Shown here in pieces: positions 45,086 through 54,827 of a stretch of DNA of 64,000 bases. The position numbers and the translations under genes were made by a program. The notes beneath the pieces were generated by a model. That model made no database searches. It was not told the DNA's origin and was given only the letters and a program-made list of their open reading frames with translations. The number at the start of each line of letters is the position of its first letter. Within the stretch, counting starts at the first letter, position 1. The stretch spans positions 1 through 64,000 of the forward strand of contig JBBCAX010000010.1 in assembly GCA_051382335.1 (NCBI GenBank), in the 5' to 3' direction. This DNA comes from Deltaproteobacteria bacterium TL4. Its GTDB lineage: Bacteria > SAR324 > NAC60-12.

Positions 45086-45112
45086 TTTATGAGGGTGAAT
45101 GAAAGAGTTTTT

Positions 45113-45505
45113 ATGAAATCTTCATTCCTATTGATTTTAAGAAATCTGATCGTTGCTGGAAGTCTCCTCTTGGGGCTTTCCTCCTGTTCTTCCACCGAAA
45201 CGGATGCGTGTCCTTCATATAACCTCCTTTGCACTCGTTCTGCCGAAGCAAAACTTACGGTATCTCCGGGGCCGACAGTGAGTGTTGGAACACAAGTGAT
45301 CTTAAGCGCGGAGGACTCGACTTATGATACCATCGACTGGTTTCAGAATCAGTCGCTTCTTTCCACCTGTGCAGATCAGCCTATTTGTGTCAAACTGATG
45401 GATACACCGGGAGAGTATGTGTTCAAAATCGTCATCGCCGTTGAAAGTAATGGGTATAATCTCGATTCAGAAGATATTTCGTCATTAACAGTGACTGTGG
45501 AATGA
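45113..45505 (+). CDS. Small lipoprotein with PKD/Ig-like beta domain
   Basis: Signal peptide plus lipobox LSSC; VSVG..V.LSA..S, W, PGEY pattern. Confidence 0.7.
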   Translation: MKSSFLLILRNLIVAGSLLLGLSSCSSTETDACPSYNLLCTRSAEAKLTVSPGPTVSVGTQVILSAEDSTYDTIDWFQNQSLLSTCADQPICVKLMDTPGEYVFKIVIAVESNGYNLDSEDISSLTVTVE

Positions 45506-45516
45506 TCGGAGGTGCG

Positions 45517-45903
45517 ATGGGACGGATGGTTGTGATTTTGATGATGGGATTGACGCCCCTCATAACGCTTGGAGGCTGTAGCGGGGATACGTGTTCCAGT
45601 TCGGATCCCAGTTGTCAAAAAGAAGCGGTTGCGGAAATGAGTGTCAGTCCGTCAAAAACGGTACATGTTGGCGATCAGGCTGTTTTTAACGCGTCGGCCT
45701 CAGAATATGACTCCATCCGTTGGAGTCTGAACGGAAAGAATCTCAGCTCATGCAACGGGAAACCTTATTGTTCCCTTACTTTTGAGACTGCAGGCGTCTA
45801 TGTTGTGACCGTTATTGTCTCCACCGACGCCTCCACGGGCTCCACACTCACTGGAAAATCAGGCAATACCGATAGAGAATCCATAGAAATCACGGTAACA
45901 TGA
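45517..45903 (+). CDS. Small lipoprotein with PKD/Ig-like beta domain, paralog of the preceding gene
   Basis: GGAGG RBS, lipobox LGGC, VHVGD...FNAS.S, W, F...GVYVVTV. Confidence 0.7.
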   Translation: MGRMVVILMMGLTPLITLGGCSGDTCSSSDPSCQKEAVAEMSVSPSKTVHVGDQAVFNASASEYDSIRWSLNGKNLSSCNGKPYCSLTFETAGVYVVTVIVSTDASTGSTLTGKSGNTDRESIEITVT

Positions 45904-45906
45904 CGT

Positions 45907-46806
45907 TTATTCAACAATGGCTTCCACAGGACCGGGGTCTGGAGGAGGGGTGTGTGTCTCAATTTCTTTTTGTAATTTTTCTAACTGATCTTTGGTGTGA
46001 TTGATGCTGAATGAGCGGGAAACCTTACCTTCAATGTATTGCAACGCCTTCAACTGGCCCCCCTTGTCTCTGCCTACCAGCGAATCGAGTTTTTGTTTTT
46101 CTTCATCAGCCGCACGAAAAAAATAATATTTCATACTCAAGGTATGTACGGCTCTCATGCGCTTTTTGAGCTTCGTTTGGTCCACCATGACATTATCCTT
46201 GAGAATTCGGATGATCTCTTCAATTTCATGATGAAGACCGATTTTTAATAAAATCCGGGCTAACTGCTGAATCTCGGCAGCTTGGATTTTAGGCAGATAA
46301 CATTGGGCCAGCTTCAATATTTTTTCACACTCTTGTGCCCTGGTGGAAAACAGTTTGCTCTCGTCGTGAAGCATCTCTCCTATCTGCTTTTGAAAGTGAA
46401 GTTCAACATTTTGATAGGGGAGTTTTTTAACCGCTTGAGGTGTCATTTCGTTGAGTTTAAGCCGTTCTCGAAAACATAGGTCTTTCAGGTGAGTAAATTT
46501 TGAAAAGATCCAGAAGGTGGCATCTTTGTTTACCAGACCTTCCATCCGAGGTTCGAAAAAAAACAGTAGGGGCGCCTTTCCCATGAAATAATGCCGAAGG
46601 GATTCCCATTCGTCAGGAACCAGATAAACTTCCAGCAAAGGTCTGCGTTGCCCCTTCACCGGGACGTAAAAACAATACAAATTGGGTTTGATGCGTATGC
46701 CTCTCCGTTGAACACACAAGTCAAGCAGTTCCCGCGTTGACTCAAGCATCGGACGGAAAAACATTATCTCTTCATGAAGAGGGACGTTTGCTAATTCAGA
46801 AGTCAT
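45907..46806 (-). CDS. Hypothetical protein
   Basis: 299-aa ORF, AAGG upstream, no recognised motif. Confidence 0.7.
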   Translation of the reverse strand: MTSELANVPLHEEIMFFRPMLESTRELLDLCVQRRGIRIKPNLYCFYVPVKGQRRPLLEVYLVPDEWESLRHYFMGKAPLLFFFEPRMEGLVNKDATFWIFSKFTHLKDLCFRERLKLNEMTPQAVKKLPYQNVELHFQKQIGEMLHDESKLFSTRAQECEKILKLAQCYLPKIQAAEIQQLARILLKIGLHHEIEEIIRILKDNVMVDQTKLKKRMRAVHTLSMKYYFFRAADEEKQKLDSLVGRDKGGQLKALQYIEGKVSRSFSINHTKDQLEKLQKEIETHTPPPDPGPVEAIVE

Positions 46807-46906
46807 GTTAACCTTAAGTTTTATAGCCTGTGCTGGTGTCCTTCAAAAATGTTTAAGGGAGCAAAAACCTAAACTTTCGTGGGCAATCACTATTTTGTTG
46901 TAGTTA

Positions 46907-47151
46907 GTCGCTGTCGCGAAATGTTGAATTTTTACTCTATGAAATCAGTAGTCATTTTTTAATTAACCATTCAAAATTCGGCTACTCACTTAAGGCGGGA
47001 CAACGTAGGTTGGGTAGAGCGTTAGCGAAACCCAACAACCTCTCGTAACTCCAAGGCTTGTTGGGTTTCGTTCCTCTACCCAACCTACCGACCTTGTCCC
47101 GCTTTATGTGGGTAGCCCAAAATTCAATATTCAACATTTCGCGACAGCGAC
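46907..47151. mobile_element. Nested MITE/REP element with three layers of inverted repeats
   Basis: Outer perfect 23-bp IR GTCGCTGTCGCGAAATGTTGAAT; middle IR GCTACTCACTTAAGGCGGGACAA / TTGTCCCGCTTTATGTGGGTAGC; inner GTAGGTTGGG...CCCAACCTAC REP doublet. Confidence 0.8.
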
Positions 47152-47276
47152 CAGTTACCAGTGTCAACTGGAATGTGAAAGGGCCACATTTGCTTCAATA
47201 AATAACTTATTAAGAAGGCACTGTAAAGAGAATAGACTGATTTCTGATGTTTCTTATCTTTCAAAAATTTACCGAG

Positions 47277-48434
47277 CTATGCTAACTCTTTTAACGCTTT
47301 TATAATTTCTTGCTGGACCTCTGCGTTTGGCTCTTGTTCTAAACGCTTGAGCAACAGTTGTTGTGCCTGCCTGGATCCTGTTTTTCCAAGCGCCCAGGCG
47401 GAATGTGTCCGAATCAGGTTTTCTGGATCGTTCAAACCATGCTTTAATGCGGGCAAGGCCTCAAGGCTTCCCCAATTTCCTAAAGCAACAGCGACATTTC
47501 TTAATAATCCACGTCGTTTTGCTCGTTTGATGGGACTTCCTTTGAATCGCTGGCTAAACGCTTCAGGTGTTAAAAACATTAAAGCTTTCAAATCAGGCAT
47601 GACATTTCCGGATCGGGGCTGGAAGCCAGGTTCCATGCTTTTTTCTGCCACCCTGTTCCAAGGGCAAACTTCTTGACAGCGATCACAACCGAAAATGTGA
47701 TTTCCCATGAGTGGGCGGAGCTCCAAAGGAATACTCTCCTTCAATTCGATAGTTAAGTAGGAAAGGCAGCGTCGTGAATCAAGAGTGTACGCTTCAACAA
47801 TAGCTTGTGTCGGGCAAGCCTCAATACATCGGGTGCAGGTTCCACAACTTCCGGAAGGGGACAAAATTACAGGTTTTAGGGGGATCGATAACAGCATTTC
47901 CGCCAAAAAAAAATAGGAACCTTTTTTTCCATGAATTAAGTTTGAATTTTTTCCCCGCCACCCCAATCCTGCCAATTGTGCGTATTCGCGTTCCAGGAGG
48001 GGACCTGTATCGACATAGGTTCTGATTTGGACGGTGTCACTTTGTTGGGATGCGATGTGGTTTTGGAGCGCTTGCAGTTTTGACCTGATGATTTCATGAT
48101 AATCCTCTCCCCAGGCATAGTGACTCACTCTACCTTGGGAAGGTTCTTGCTTCAAAGAATCAGGCAGCAGGATTGTTTGATAGTTCATCCCTAATACGAC
48201 CATTGAGCGCACTTCAGCAAGAAGCGTTCCGGGATCTTTTTTATGATCCAGGTGCTGCTGTAAGTATTGCATTTTTCCATGATATTCATTTTTTAACCAT
48301 TGTTTATAAAAATCAATCGTTTGACTCGGACCAGCAGGGATGATACCCACCAATTCAAATCCAAGTTCATGGGCCTTGATGACGATTTTTTCACTTAAAG
48401 CGTCAGAAAATCGGGGTTCCATAAAGCTAGCCAC
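47277..48434 (-). CDS. queG: tRNA epoxyqueuosine reductase
   Basis: YAWGEDYH, VDTGPLLER, CGTCTRCIEACPT, CLSYLTIE, FGCDRCQEVCPWN, HEAT tail. Confidence 0.95.
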   Translation of the reverse strand: MASFMEPRFSDALSEKIVIKAHELGFELVGIIPAGPSQTIDFYKQWLKNEYHGKMQYLQQHLDHKKDPGTLLAEVRSMVVLGMNYQTILLPDSLKQEPSQGRVSHYAWGEDYHEIIRSKLQALQNHIASQQSDTVQIRTYVDTGPLLEREYAQLAGLGWRGKNSNLIHGKKGSYFFLAEMLLSIPLKPVILSPSGSCGTCTRCIEACPTQAIVEAYTLDSRRCLSYLTIELKESIPLELRPLMGNHIFGCDRCQEVCPWNRVAEKSMEPGFQPRSGNVMPDLKALMFLTPEAFSQRFKGSPIKRAKRRGLLRNVAVALGNWGSLEALPALKHGLNDPENLIRTHSAWALGKTGSRQAQQLLLKRLEQEPNAEVQQEIIKALKELA

Positions 48435-48670
48435 AAAGAATTAATGATAAGGCGACTTGTGTTCGACTCAAATTTTTGGCATAAAACAACTGTAGTCATA
48501 ACCTGAATAGGTGCGCTTGCTATAAGCGATGCCCTACTTTTGCTCCGTCGCACCCACAATCTGATAAAATGTAAGAACTTCAGCTCAAGAAGCAGTCTGT
48601 TCGTTCTGAAAGAATGACAGTTTTTTTTTTTTGAATGGAGTTGTTACTCTTACAATATAGGAAAACAAAG

Positions 48671-49609
48671 ATGGCATTAAAAGTTCTCGTTGTTGATGAT
48701 CATGTTGAGAGCCACGGATTATACCACGAATTTTTAATTCGCAAAGGTCATAAAATGCAAATCATTCAGTCTGGTGCTATGATCCAGGCGGCACTTGACG
48801 AAGCAGAGATCGAAGAGGCTCCTCTTCAACTTATTATTTTACGTGATAGTTCTGTAATTCATGGGTATCCTCTGATCGAAAAACTAAGGAACGTTCAACC
48901 CATTCTTCCCGTTCTTTGGTTTACGAATGTCTCGGAAGCAAAAACCGTACTTCATATGATCAAGGAAAATGTAACCGTTGTGTTGGATCCCTTTGGTCGC
49001 GAATCGCTAAAAACACATCTCGACAAATTAAACATTCAGATTGAAGCGAAGCTTTCTGATGAAGAATTGCAACTCTCACGGGAGTGCATTCCTCCTTACT
49101 TGACAGAAACCAACCTTTATTTTTCGTTGGATAATAACGCCAACAATATCTCTCTGGTTATAAAATATATCTTAGGGGCCCTGGATTTTCATCGGTTGTC
49201 CCAAGACGATAGTTTTCGTGTTAAATTAGGGTTGTCCGAAACGCTGATTAACGCGATGGCTCATGGAAACCTTGAAATGAGCAGTGAAGAATTGAAGGGA
49301 AAGCTTCAAAATTTTAAGCAATGGAATAAAGAATTGCTCCTTCGCACCGCACAACCCAAGTACCGCAATCGGAAGGTTTCTGTGGAAATCAACTATTTTC
49401 CCGCGAAAGAAGTTATCGTCTCTGTTGAGGACGAAGGGCAAGGCTTTAATTACAAAAAAGTGCTTCATTCGAGCGAACAAAATGTGGCGTCGTTTGCTTT
49501 GTATGGCAGAGGTTTATCTATGGTACAAGCCACCTCCGATTCCATGGCGTTTAACGAAAAGGGGAACAAAGTTACGTTGCGGTATAAAGTGGGCTCCTCC
49601 AATGAGTGA
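48671..49609 (+). CDS. Atypical receiver domain fused to an RsbW-like HATPase (anti-sigma/Ser kinase)
   Basis: KVLVVDD; E.LINAMAHGN, EDEGQGF, GRGL, FNEKGN. Confidence 0.8.
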   Translation: MALKVLVVDDHVESHGLYHEFLIRKGHKMQIIQSGAMIQAALDEAEIEEAPLQLIILRDSSVIHGYPLIEKLRNVQPILPVLWFTNVSEAKTVLHMIKENVTVVLDPFGRESLKTHLDKLNIQIEAKLSDEELQLSRECIPPYLTETNLYFSLDNNANNISLVIKYILGALDFHRLSQDDSFRVKLGLSETLINAMAHGNLEMSSEELKGKLQNFKQWNKELLLRTAQPKYRNRKVSVEINYFPAKEVIVSVEDEGQGFNYKKVLHSSEQNVASFALYGRGLSMVQATSDSMAFNEKGNKVTLRYKVGSSNE

Positions 49610-50999
49610 AAGGTCAGTTCCAATGCCGAAATTATCATGGGATCTGAGATTCACACTAAGCAGTAAAGACTTGTTTTTCGTAGGGATACTCTGGGTAATG
49701 ATTCCGTTTCAAGGAGGTGCTGCCCAAACTGCGCCTCTCCCTTATCATTTAATCAGTCCCCAGTTTCAACTATCTCCTTATTATCCTGAGCCTTTAGTTG
49801 AAAATGCCTCTCGTGTGAGTACGACAACCACCAAAACTTCCCAATATATCATTGCCTTGACCCATAAAACGACAACCCGTCTTTCTGAAAAATACAATAT
49901 TCAATTTGCCAACCCTAAAATGGAACGATTGCATACTCTTTTTACCACATTGGATACCATCAGTCAGATTCATTATCAGCGGGGCGTCCTTTATCTCGAG
50001 GGAGAAAACCGGATAGAAGAACTGAGTTTGAATATTGTCAATGGTCGATGGTGGAAAGAATACTTGGCACTCTTCACGGAAAATCCAAACTTGCCCTACT
50101 CCGAAAACAGAGTTTTAAGGATCTTGCTGGCGTTACATACCAGTTCACATTTCTATCAACTTCCATACCCCACTTTTTTTTGTTTATTGTTTCAAGAATC
50201 TAAATTAAATTTTATTGTTTCCAGCCAGACAGGCGCCTTGGGAATTGGACAACTCACTGAAATTGCAGTCAAACAAATTGAAGTCTTGAGAAAAAATATT
50301 GGCATGGAAAGACTTCTTCAAGCCACAACGATTCATTTGAGAAATATCTATCGAGACCCAATATTAAGAGAAATTTTTGAAGCACAGGGATTTTCTCCCC
50401 GTTTTCCAAAGTTAGGAAAATTTCCTGCAACAATGACGAAACCCAACTTGGTTGACGCGGGGTTGATGCACGAAGTTTCCAGACAACTCCTCCTGGAAGG
50501 ATATTCCTACGGAAGAAAAACGAAGCTGATAAGACAGTTGATTGACAGGATTAATCGAGGAGGATTACTTAATAACGAATATGCCGCTGTCCAGAGAATT
50601 TATACTGAGGAACTGGCACAACGTTATAACCAGGAATTTGGAAATGTTCTCAATATTGAAACGAATATCATTCTCTCCGCGATGTTATTTCAATATTACA
50701 TGGATTACGAATGGAGGGTTAAGAATAAAGTGATTGAACTTCATCCGGATCTTCGAACTATTGCGGCTATTGCCGCCTACAATCAAGGTCAGACGGTGGT
50801 TCTTCGACTTTTGGGAAAACTAATGCGTGAGTTTCCTCAGATGGATTTAAGCAAAGCGTCTTTAAAAACGATTGGCCCACTACTCACCACCAAGCGCATT
50901 CATCTCGCCATGGGAGGCGGTCCTTTTGCCAGAGTTCAGGAACTCCATCAGCATATTTGGAAAATTAACCGTTGCTCCCACAATACCTCAACACTTTAA
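49602..50999 (+). CDS. Lytic transglycosylase (SLT-like) domain protein
   Basis: QESKLNF...SSQTGALGIGQL catalytic motif and AAYNQG, separated by a long insert; hydrophobic N-terminal segment. Confidence 0.7.
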   Translation: MSERSVPMPKLSWDLRFTLSSKDLFFVGILWVMIPFQGGAAQTAPLPYHLISPQFQLSPYYPEPLVENASRVSTTTTKTSQYIIALTHKTTTRLSEKYNIQFANPKMERLHTLFTTLDTISQIHYQRGVLYLEGENRIEELSLNIVNGRWWKEYLALFTENPNLPYSENRVLRILLALHTSSHFYQLPYPTFFCLLFQESKLNFIVSSQTGALGIGQLTEIAVKQIEVLRKNIGMERLLQATTIHLRNIYRDPILREIFEAQGFSPRFPKLGKFPATMTKPNLVDAGLMHEVSRQLLLEGYSYGRKTKLIRQLIDRINRGGLLNNEYAAVQRIYTEELAQRYNQEFGNVLNIETNIILSAMLFQYYMDYEWRVKNKVIELHPDLRTIAAIAAYNQGQTVVLRLLGKLMREFPQMDLSKASLKTIGPLLTTKRIHLAMGGGPFARVQELHQHIWKINRCSHNTSTL

Positions 51000-51014
51000 T
51001 TCAATCCGGATTTG

Positions 51015-51060
51015 GAAGTGAGAAGTGAGAAGTGAGAAATCTCACCTCTCAAAACTCACC
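51015..51060. repeat. Heptamer repeat (GAAGTGA)3 with degenerate inverted copies between convergent genes
   Basis: GAAGTGA x3, then CTCACCTCTCAAAACTCACC. Confidence 0.65.
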
Positions 51061-51069
51061 ATTCAAACG

Positions 51070-51687
51070 CTACTTTGCAGCAGCATAACGTTTAGAAACT
51101 TCACCCCAGTTGACAAGGTTCCACCAGGATTTGATCCAATCAGGTCGTACATTTTTGAACTTCAAATAATACGCATGTTCCCAAACATCAATCGTGAGTA
51201 AGGGTTTCTGTCCCAAGCTTAAAGGGCAAACTTGATCATGAGTGTCTGTTATTTCCAATTCATTTTCTCTATTCACTACAAGCCACGCCCAGCCAGAACC
51301 AAAATGGCCACCAGCTTTGGCGGTAAACAATTCTTTGAATTTATCCAAAGACCCAAACTTTTTGTCTATGGCACTGGCTAACGCTCCACTGGGTCCTCGG
51401 ACCTCTCCTTTGGGATTAGGCGCCATGGATTCCCAAAAAAACTGATGATTCCAGTAGCCGCCACCATGATTTCTGATGGCGCCGCGATGTGCTTCCGCAA
51501 TGGTGTCCAGGTTGGCTAACAGGTCTTCAACACTTCTCCCCTCAATACCAGCCGCGGCTACAGCGTCATTTAATTTGCTGGTATAAGTCTGATGGTGCTT
51601 TGAATGATGAATCTCAACGGTTGCTTGGTCATAATGAGGTTCAAGCGCGTCATTAGCATAAGGCAGTTTTGGCAATGTGAATGGCAT
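51070..51687 (-). CDS. Fe/Mn superoxide dismutase
   Basis: LPYANDALEP, HHSKHH, NHQFFW, FGSGWAWL, DVWEHAYY; metal specificity not determined. Confidence 0.95.
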   Translation of the reverse strand: MPFTLPKLPYANDALEPHYDQATVEIHHSKHHQTYTSKLNDAVAAAGIEGRSVEDLLANLDTIAEAHRGAIRNHGGGYWNHQFFWESMAPNPKGEVRGPSGALASAIDKKFGSLDKFKELFTAKAGGHFGSGWAWLVVNRENELEITDTHDQVCPLSLGQKPLLTIDVWEHAYYLKFKNVRPDWIKSWWNLVNWGEVSKRYAAAK

Positions 51688-51944
51688 GGTTCCTCCTTTT
51701 ATTTTAATGAAAACTTCAATTATCAAATAATTTCATTACTCGTCGCAATGAAATACTGTCTCAAATTAGAAACAGAATCATTCAATGTATTGTCTAATTA
51801 GTACTATTTTAGTGCTGATTAGATAAAAGACAAGGATATTTTTAAAAAACTAAATATTTTAAACCCGATTAACATTGTAACTTCGTATTTCATTAACATA
51901 ATAGCGATTATTTACCAGTTCGTAGTCAATGTTCCCCTAAAGAG

Positions 51945-54827
51945 TTGTGTTTAATGCTGCCACTCATTTATGTCCTTTTTACCCTATCAGGCTTTATAGG
52001 ATTGATCTATGAGGCAACCTGGTCCCGATATTTGAAATTGTTTTTAGGGCATTCCTCTTATGGACAGATACTGACCTTGTGTATTTTCATGGGCGGTTTA
52101 GGGCTTGGAGCTTTTATCGCGGGTAGGTATGCCAAACGTGTCAAAAATGCGCTGTATCTATATGCGGTACTGGAATTGCTGATAGGTGTTGGTGGTTTCT
52201 TGTATCATACACTGTATCTCGCCGTAACCGAATATTTTTACTATTTTGCGTCAACCTATCTCCCCTCAGCGTTGTTGGCGAATACGGTAAAAATTCTCCT
52301 TTCCATCCTGATTACAGGGCCTTTTGCCATTATTTTAGGGATGACCTTTCCCGCAATAGCCATAGGCGTGATACGCTTGGCACGAGATGGCGGGAAAGCG
52401 ACCTTGTCTCGGCTTTATTTTACCAACTCTTTCGGCGCAACCCTTGGTATTTTGGTCACTTCCTACTTTTTAATTCCTAATCTTGGTACTTCTGGAAGTT
52501 TAATCGTAGCCGCTTATGGTAATATCCTGCTTGCCATTGGATTTTATGGCATTGCCAAAAGGTTAAACACCTCCTTGAGCGAGCAGGTTTTTGTAGAACC
52601 TTCTTTTGCGGCGACTCCAATCTCCTTGAGTCCCAAACCGCTGTTATGGTTATGGCTTGTAACCAGTTTTCTTACAGGATTTTCCTCTTTCCTTTACGAA
52701 ATTGGATGGATTCGTTTGCTCAGTATGATGCTTGGCAGTTCCACGCATTCATTTGACATTATGGTCTCTGCATTTATTTTTGGAATTGCGGGAGGTGCTT
52801 TTTTTGTGAAGCGTTTGTTGACGCGCGCGACAAATACCGCGTTTCTACTTGGAATCGTACAAGTTTGTATGGGGCTTTGCGCAATCATCAGTATTTACCT
52901 TTACGCCCCCTTTTTCAAGATAGTCAATGAATCCAACCTCATTTTTATGCGAACCTTGTCCGGATATCACGCTCATTCTGTTTTCAACTATTTTCTGTGT
53001 TTGCTTTTAATGTTTCCCACCAGTTTTTTTGCGGGTATGACGCTTCCTATTATTACTTTTGTACTGACGAATCTTACCCGAAATGAACAATATACTGGAA
53101 CCGTTTATGGCTGGAATACGGTGGGTGCTGTCACAGGGGCGGTATTGGGAGGCTTGGTTATTTTACCTGTGTTTCAATTGAAAGAAACCATTGCTTTGGG
53201 AGGTTTCATCGATATATTGCTGGGTCTTGCTATTTTGGCCGTATATCATTTTTCAAAAATCCGTTTTTGGTCTCTTGTGGTTGTCGTCTCGGTAATTTCA
53301 CTTCCCGTCTTGGCACTGAAATTTGACGCACTCCTTCTCTCTTCAGGGCCTTTCAGAAAATATGCTCCGCTTTCCAAAGAGCTGAAGGTGCACATGAGAG
53401 ATGGCAAAACAGCAACCATTGCTTTTGCGCAGCAGGGAGATACCCTTGCCATCATCACCAATGGAAAGCCTGATGCGAGCATCAGTATCAGTCCCAATAA
53501 ACAAAATACGGATGAGTATACTCAAGCGGCCGTCGCTTTTTATTCGATGTTCGCACTGGGAAATCGTCCCTTTAACGCCGCGATGATAGGAATTGGGAGT
53601 GGTATGACCGCTCACTACTTACTGGGACATCCTGCTTTGCAACACCTGGATCTGATTGAGATTGAGCCAGAGGTCTATCATATGGCAAAAGGCTTGCTTC
53701 CACACAACCGGAGAGTCTATGAAAGCCCCAAGGTGAGTGTTGTTTATGAAGATGCCAGAACTTATTTTTATACGACTCCGTCACGCTATGATTTGATTAT
53801 TTCTGTCCCTTCAAATCCTTGGGTCAGCGGAATATCCAGTTTGTTTACAGAAGAGTTTTATCGGCATATTCAAAATTCCTTAACGGACAAAGGCCTTTTA
53901 GCTCAATGGATTCACATCTATGAATTCAATACCCCTTTACTGTTATCTATCATTAAAGCGATTGATCATCATTTCCCTGTTGTGAAACTCTACCATGTAC
54001 CTCAAACACCTGATATTGTGATTCTTGCAAGTCAAACTGATGTTCAGATGACAGAACTTCCAGGTGTGATGGAAATTCCGGGGTTACAACAGGATTTTAA
54101 TCGGTTGGGGAGGACTCCCCGGTATTTTGGACCTCACAATTATATTGTTTCCACTCAATCTTTAAAATATCTACTCAAGGATGTGAATTCGAATTCTGAT
54201 TATTTTCCTTTAGTTGATAATAATGCCGAACTCGCTTTTTTTCTTAAAAGTCAGGTGGATTTATTTGAACCCTTTGTGAACTCGCTTTTTTACTATCAAG
54301 AAGTGTTGGAGCCTCGCTCTTTTCCCTCTCAGTCGATTAGGGAACCTCAAGCAGGACTCCGAATAGATTCAGACAGAATAGAGTATTTACGTTATCTTCT
54401 GAACCATGCTTCACCGCAAAGTTCCTGGAATGAAATAGATCATCAGCTTCATGAGACCCTTCCTTACCATCAACTTCGAACGGTTTGGACCCAGTTAGAC
54501 ATTATTTCATCCTATCGGGATGCCGTACAAAAAGGGTGGCCTCCGCTCAAAAACCAATTAAAATTTCTATTTTTAGATCATGCGATTCAGCAAGACATGA
54601 AGGCTTTACCTTCTTTGATCAGTCAAATGCTGAACACCTTTAGTTTTCAAGAACTTGATCCTCAAATCATCAGGGCTATTGCGGTTCAGTGTCTTCAACT
54701 GAACGACCCTTTACTTTTGAATCAAGTCCTGGCGCGGTTTGTCTTTCCTCACCCCCAAATCTCTGATCTTGAGAAAAAATTGCTCCAGGCGATTCGAATT
54801 TCAAAGGCTCAAGAAGGTGCGCCGTGA
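51945..54827 (+). CDS. Multi-TM membrane protein fused to a spermidine-synthase-like SAM-binding domain
   Basis: SGFIGLIYE, duplicated TM module, NGKPDAS, IGIGSG, EIEP, EDAR, PSNPW. Confidence 0.85.
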   Translation: MCLMLPLIYVLFTLSGFIGLIYEATWSRYLKLFLGHSSYGQILTLCIFMGGLGLGAFIAGRYAKRVKNALYLYAVLELLIGVGGFLYHTLYLAVTEYFYYFASTYLPSALLANTVKILLSILITGPFAIILGMTFPAIAIGVIRLARDGGKATLSRLYFTNSFGATLGILVTSYFLIPNLGTSGSLIVAAYGNILLAIGFYGIAKRLNTSLSEQVFVEPSFAATPISLSPKPLLWLWLVTSFLTGFSSFLYEIGWIRLLSMMLGSSTHSFDIMVSAFIFGIAGGAFFVKRLLTRATNTAFLLGIVQVCMGLCAIISIYLYAPFFKIVNESNLIFMRTLSGYHAHSVFNYFLCLLLMFPTSFFAGMTLPIITFVLTNLTRNEQYTGTVYGWNTVGAVTGAVLGGLVILPVFQLKETIALGGFIDILLGLAILAVYHFSKIRFWSLVVVVSVISLPVLALKFDALLLSSGPFRKYAPLSKELKVHMRDGKTATIAFAQQGDTLAIITNGKPDASISISPNKQNTDEYTQAAVAFYSMFALGNRPFNAAMIGIGSGMTAHYLLGHPALQHLDLIEIEPEVYHMAKGLLPHNRRVYESPKVSVVYEDARTYFYTTPSRYDLIISVPSNPWVSGISSLFTEEFYRHIQNSLTDKGLLAQWIHIYEFNTPLLLSIIKAIDHHFPVVKLYHVPQTPDIVILASQTDVQMTELPGVMEIPGLQQDFNRLGRTPRYFGPHNYIVSTQSLKYLLKDVNSNSDYFPLVDNNAELAFFLKSQVDLFEPFVNSLFYYQEVLEPRSFPSQSIREPQAGLRIDSDRIEYLRYLLNHASPQSSWNEIDHQLHETLPYHQLRTVWTQLDIISSYRDAVQKGWPPLKNQLKFLFLDHAIQQDMKALPSLISQMLNTFSFQELDPQIIRAIAVQCLQLNDPLLLNQVLARFVFPHPQISDLEKKLLQAIRISKAQEGAP

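Noticed and set aside
48621..48632. Poly-T(12) tract upstream of the REC/RsbW-like gene as a phase-variable promoter
   Set aside because: I could not place it between convincing -35 and -10 boxes, and homopolymers are common in this AT-rich sequence.
49425..49601. N-terminal extension of the SLT ORF given in the ORF track
   Set aside because: It overlaps the upstream gene by 185 nt; the ATG at 49602 or 49623 is more plausible.
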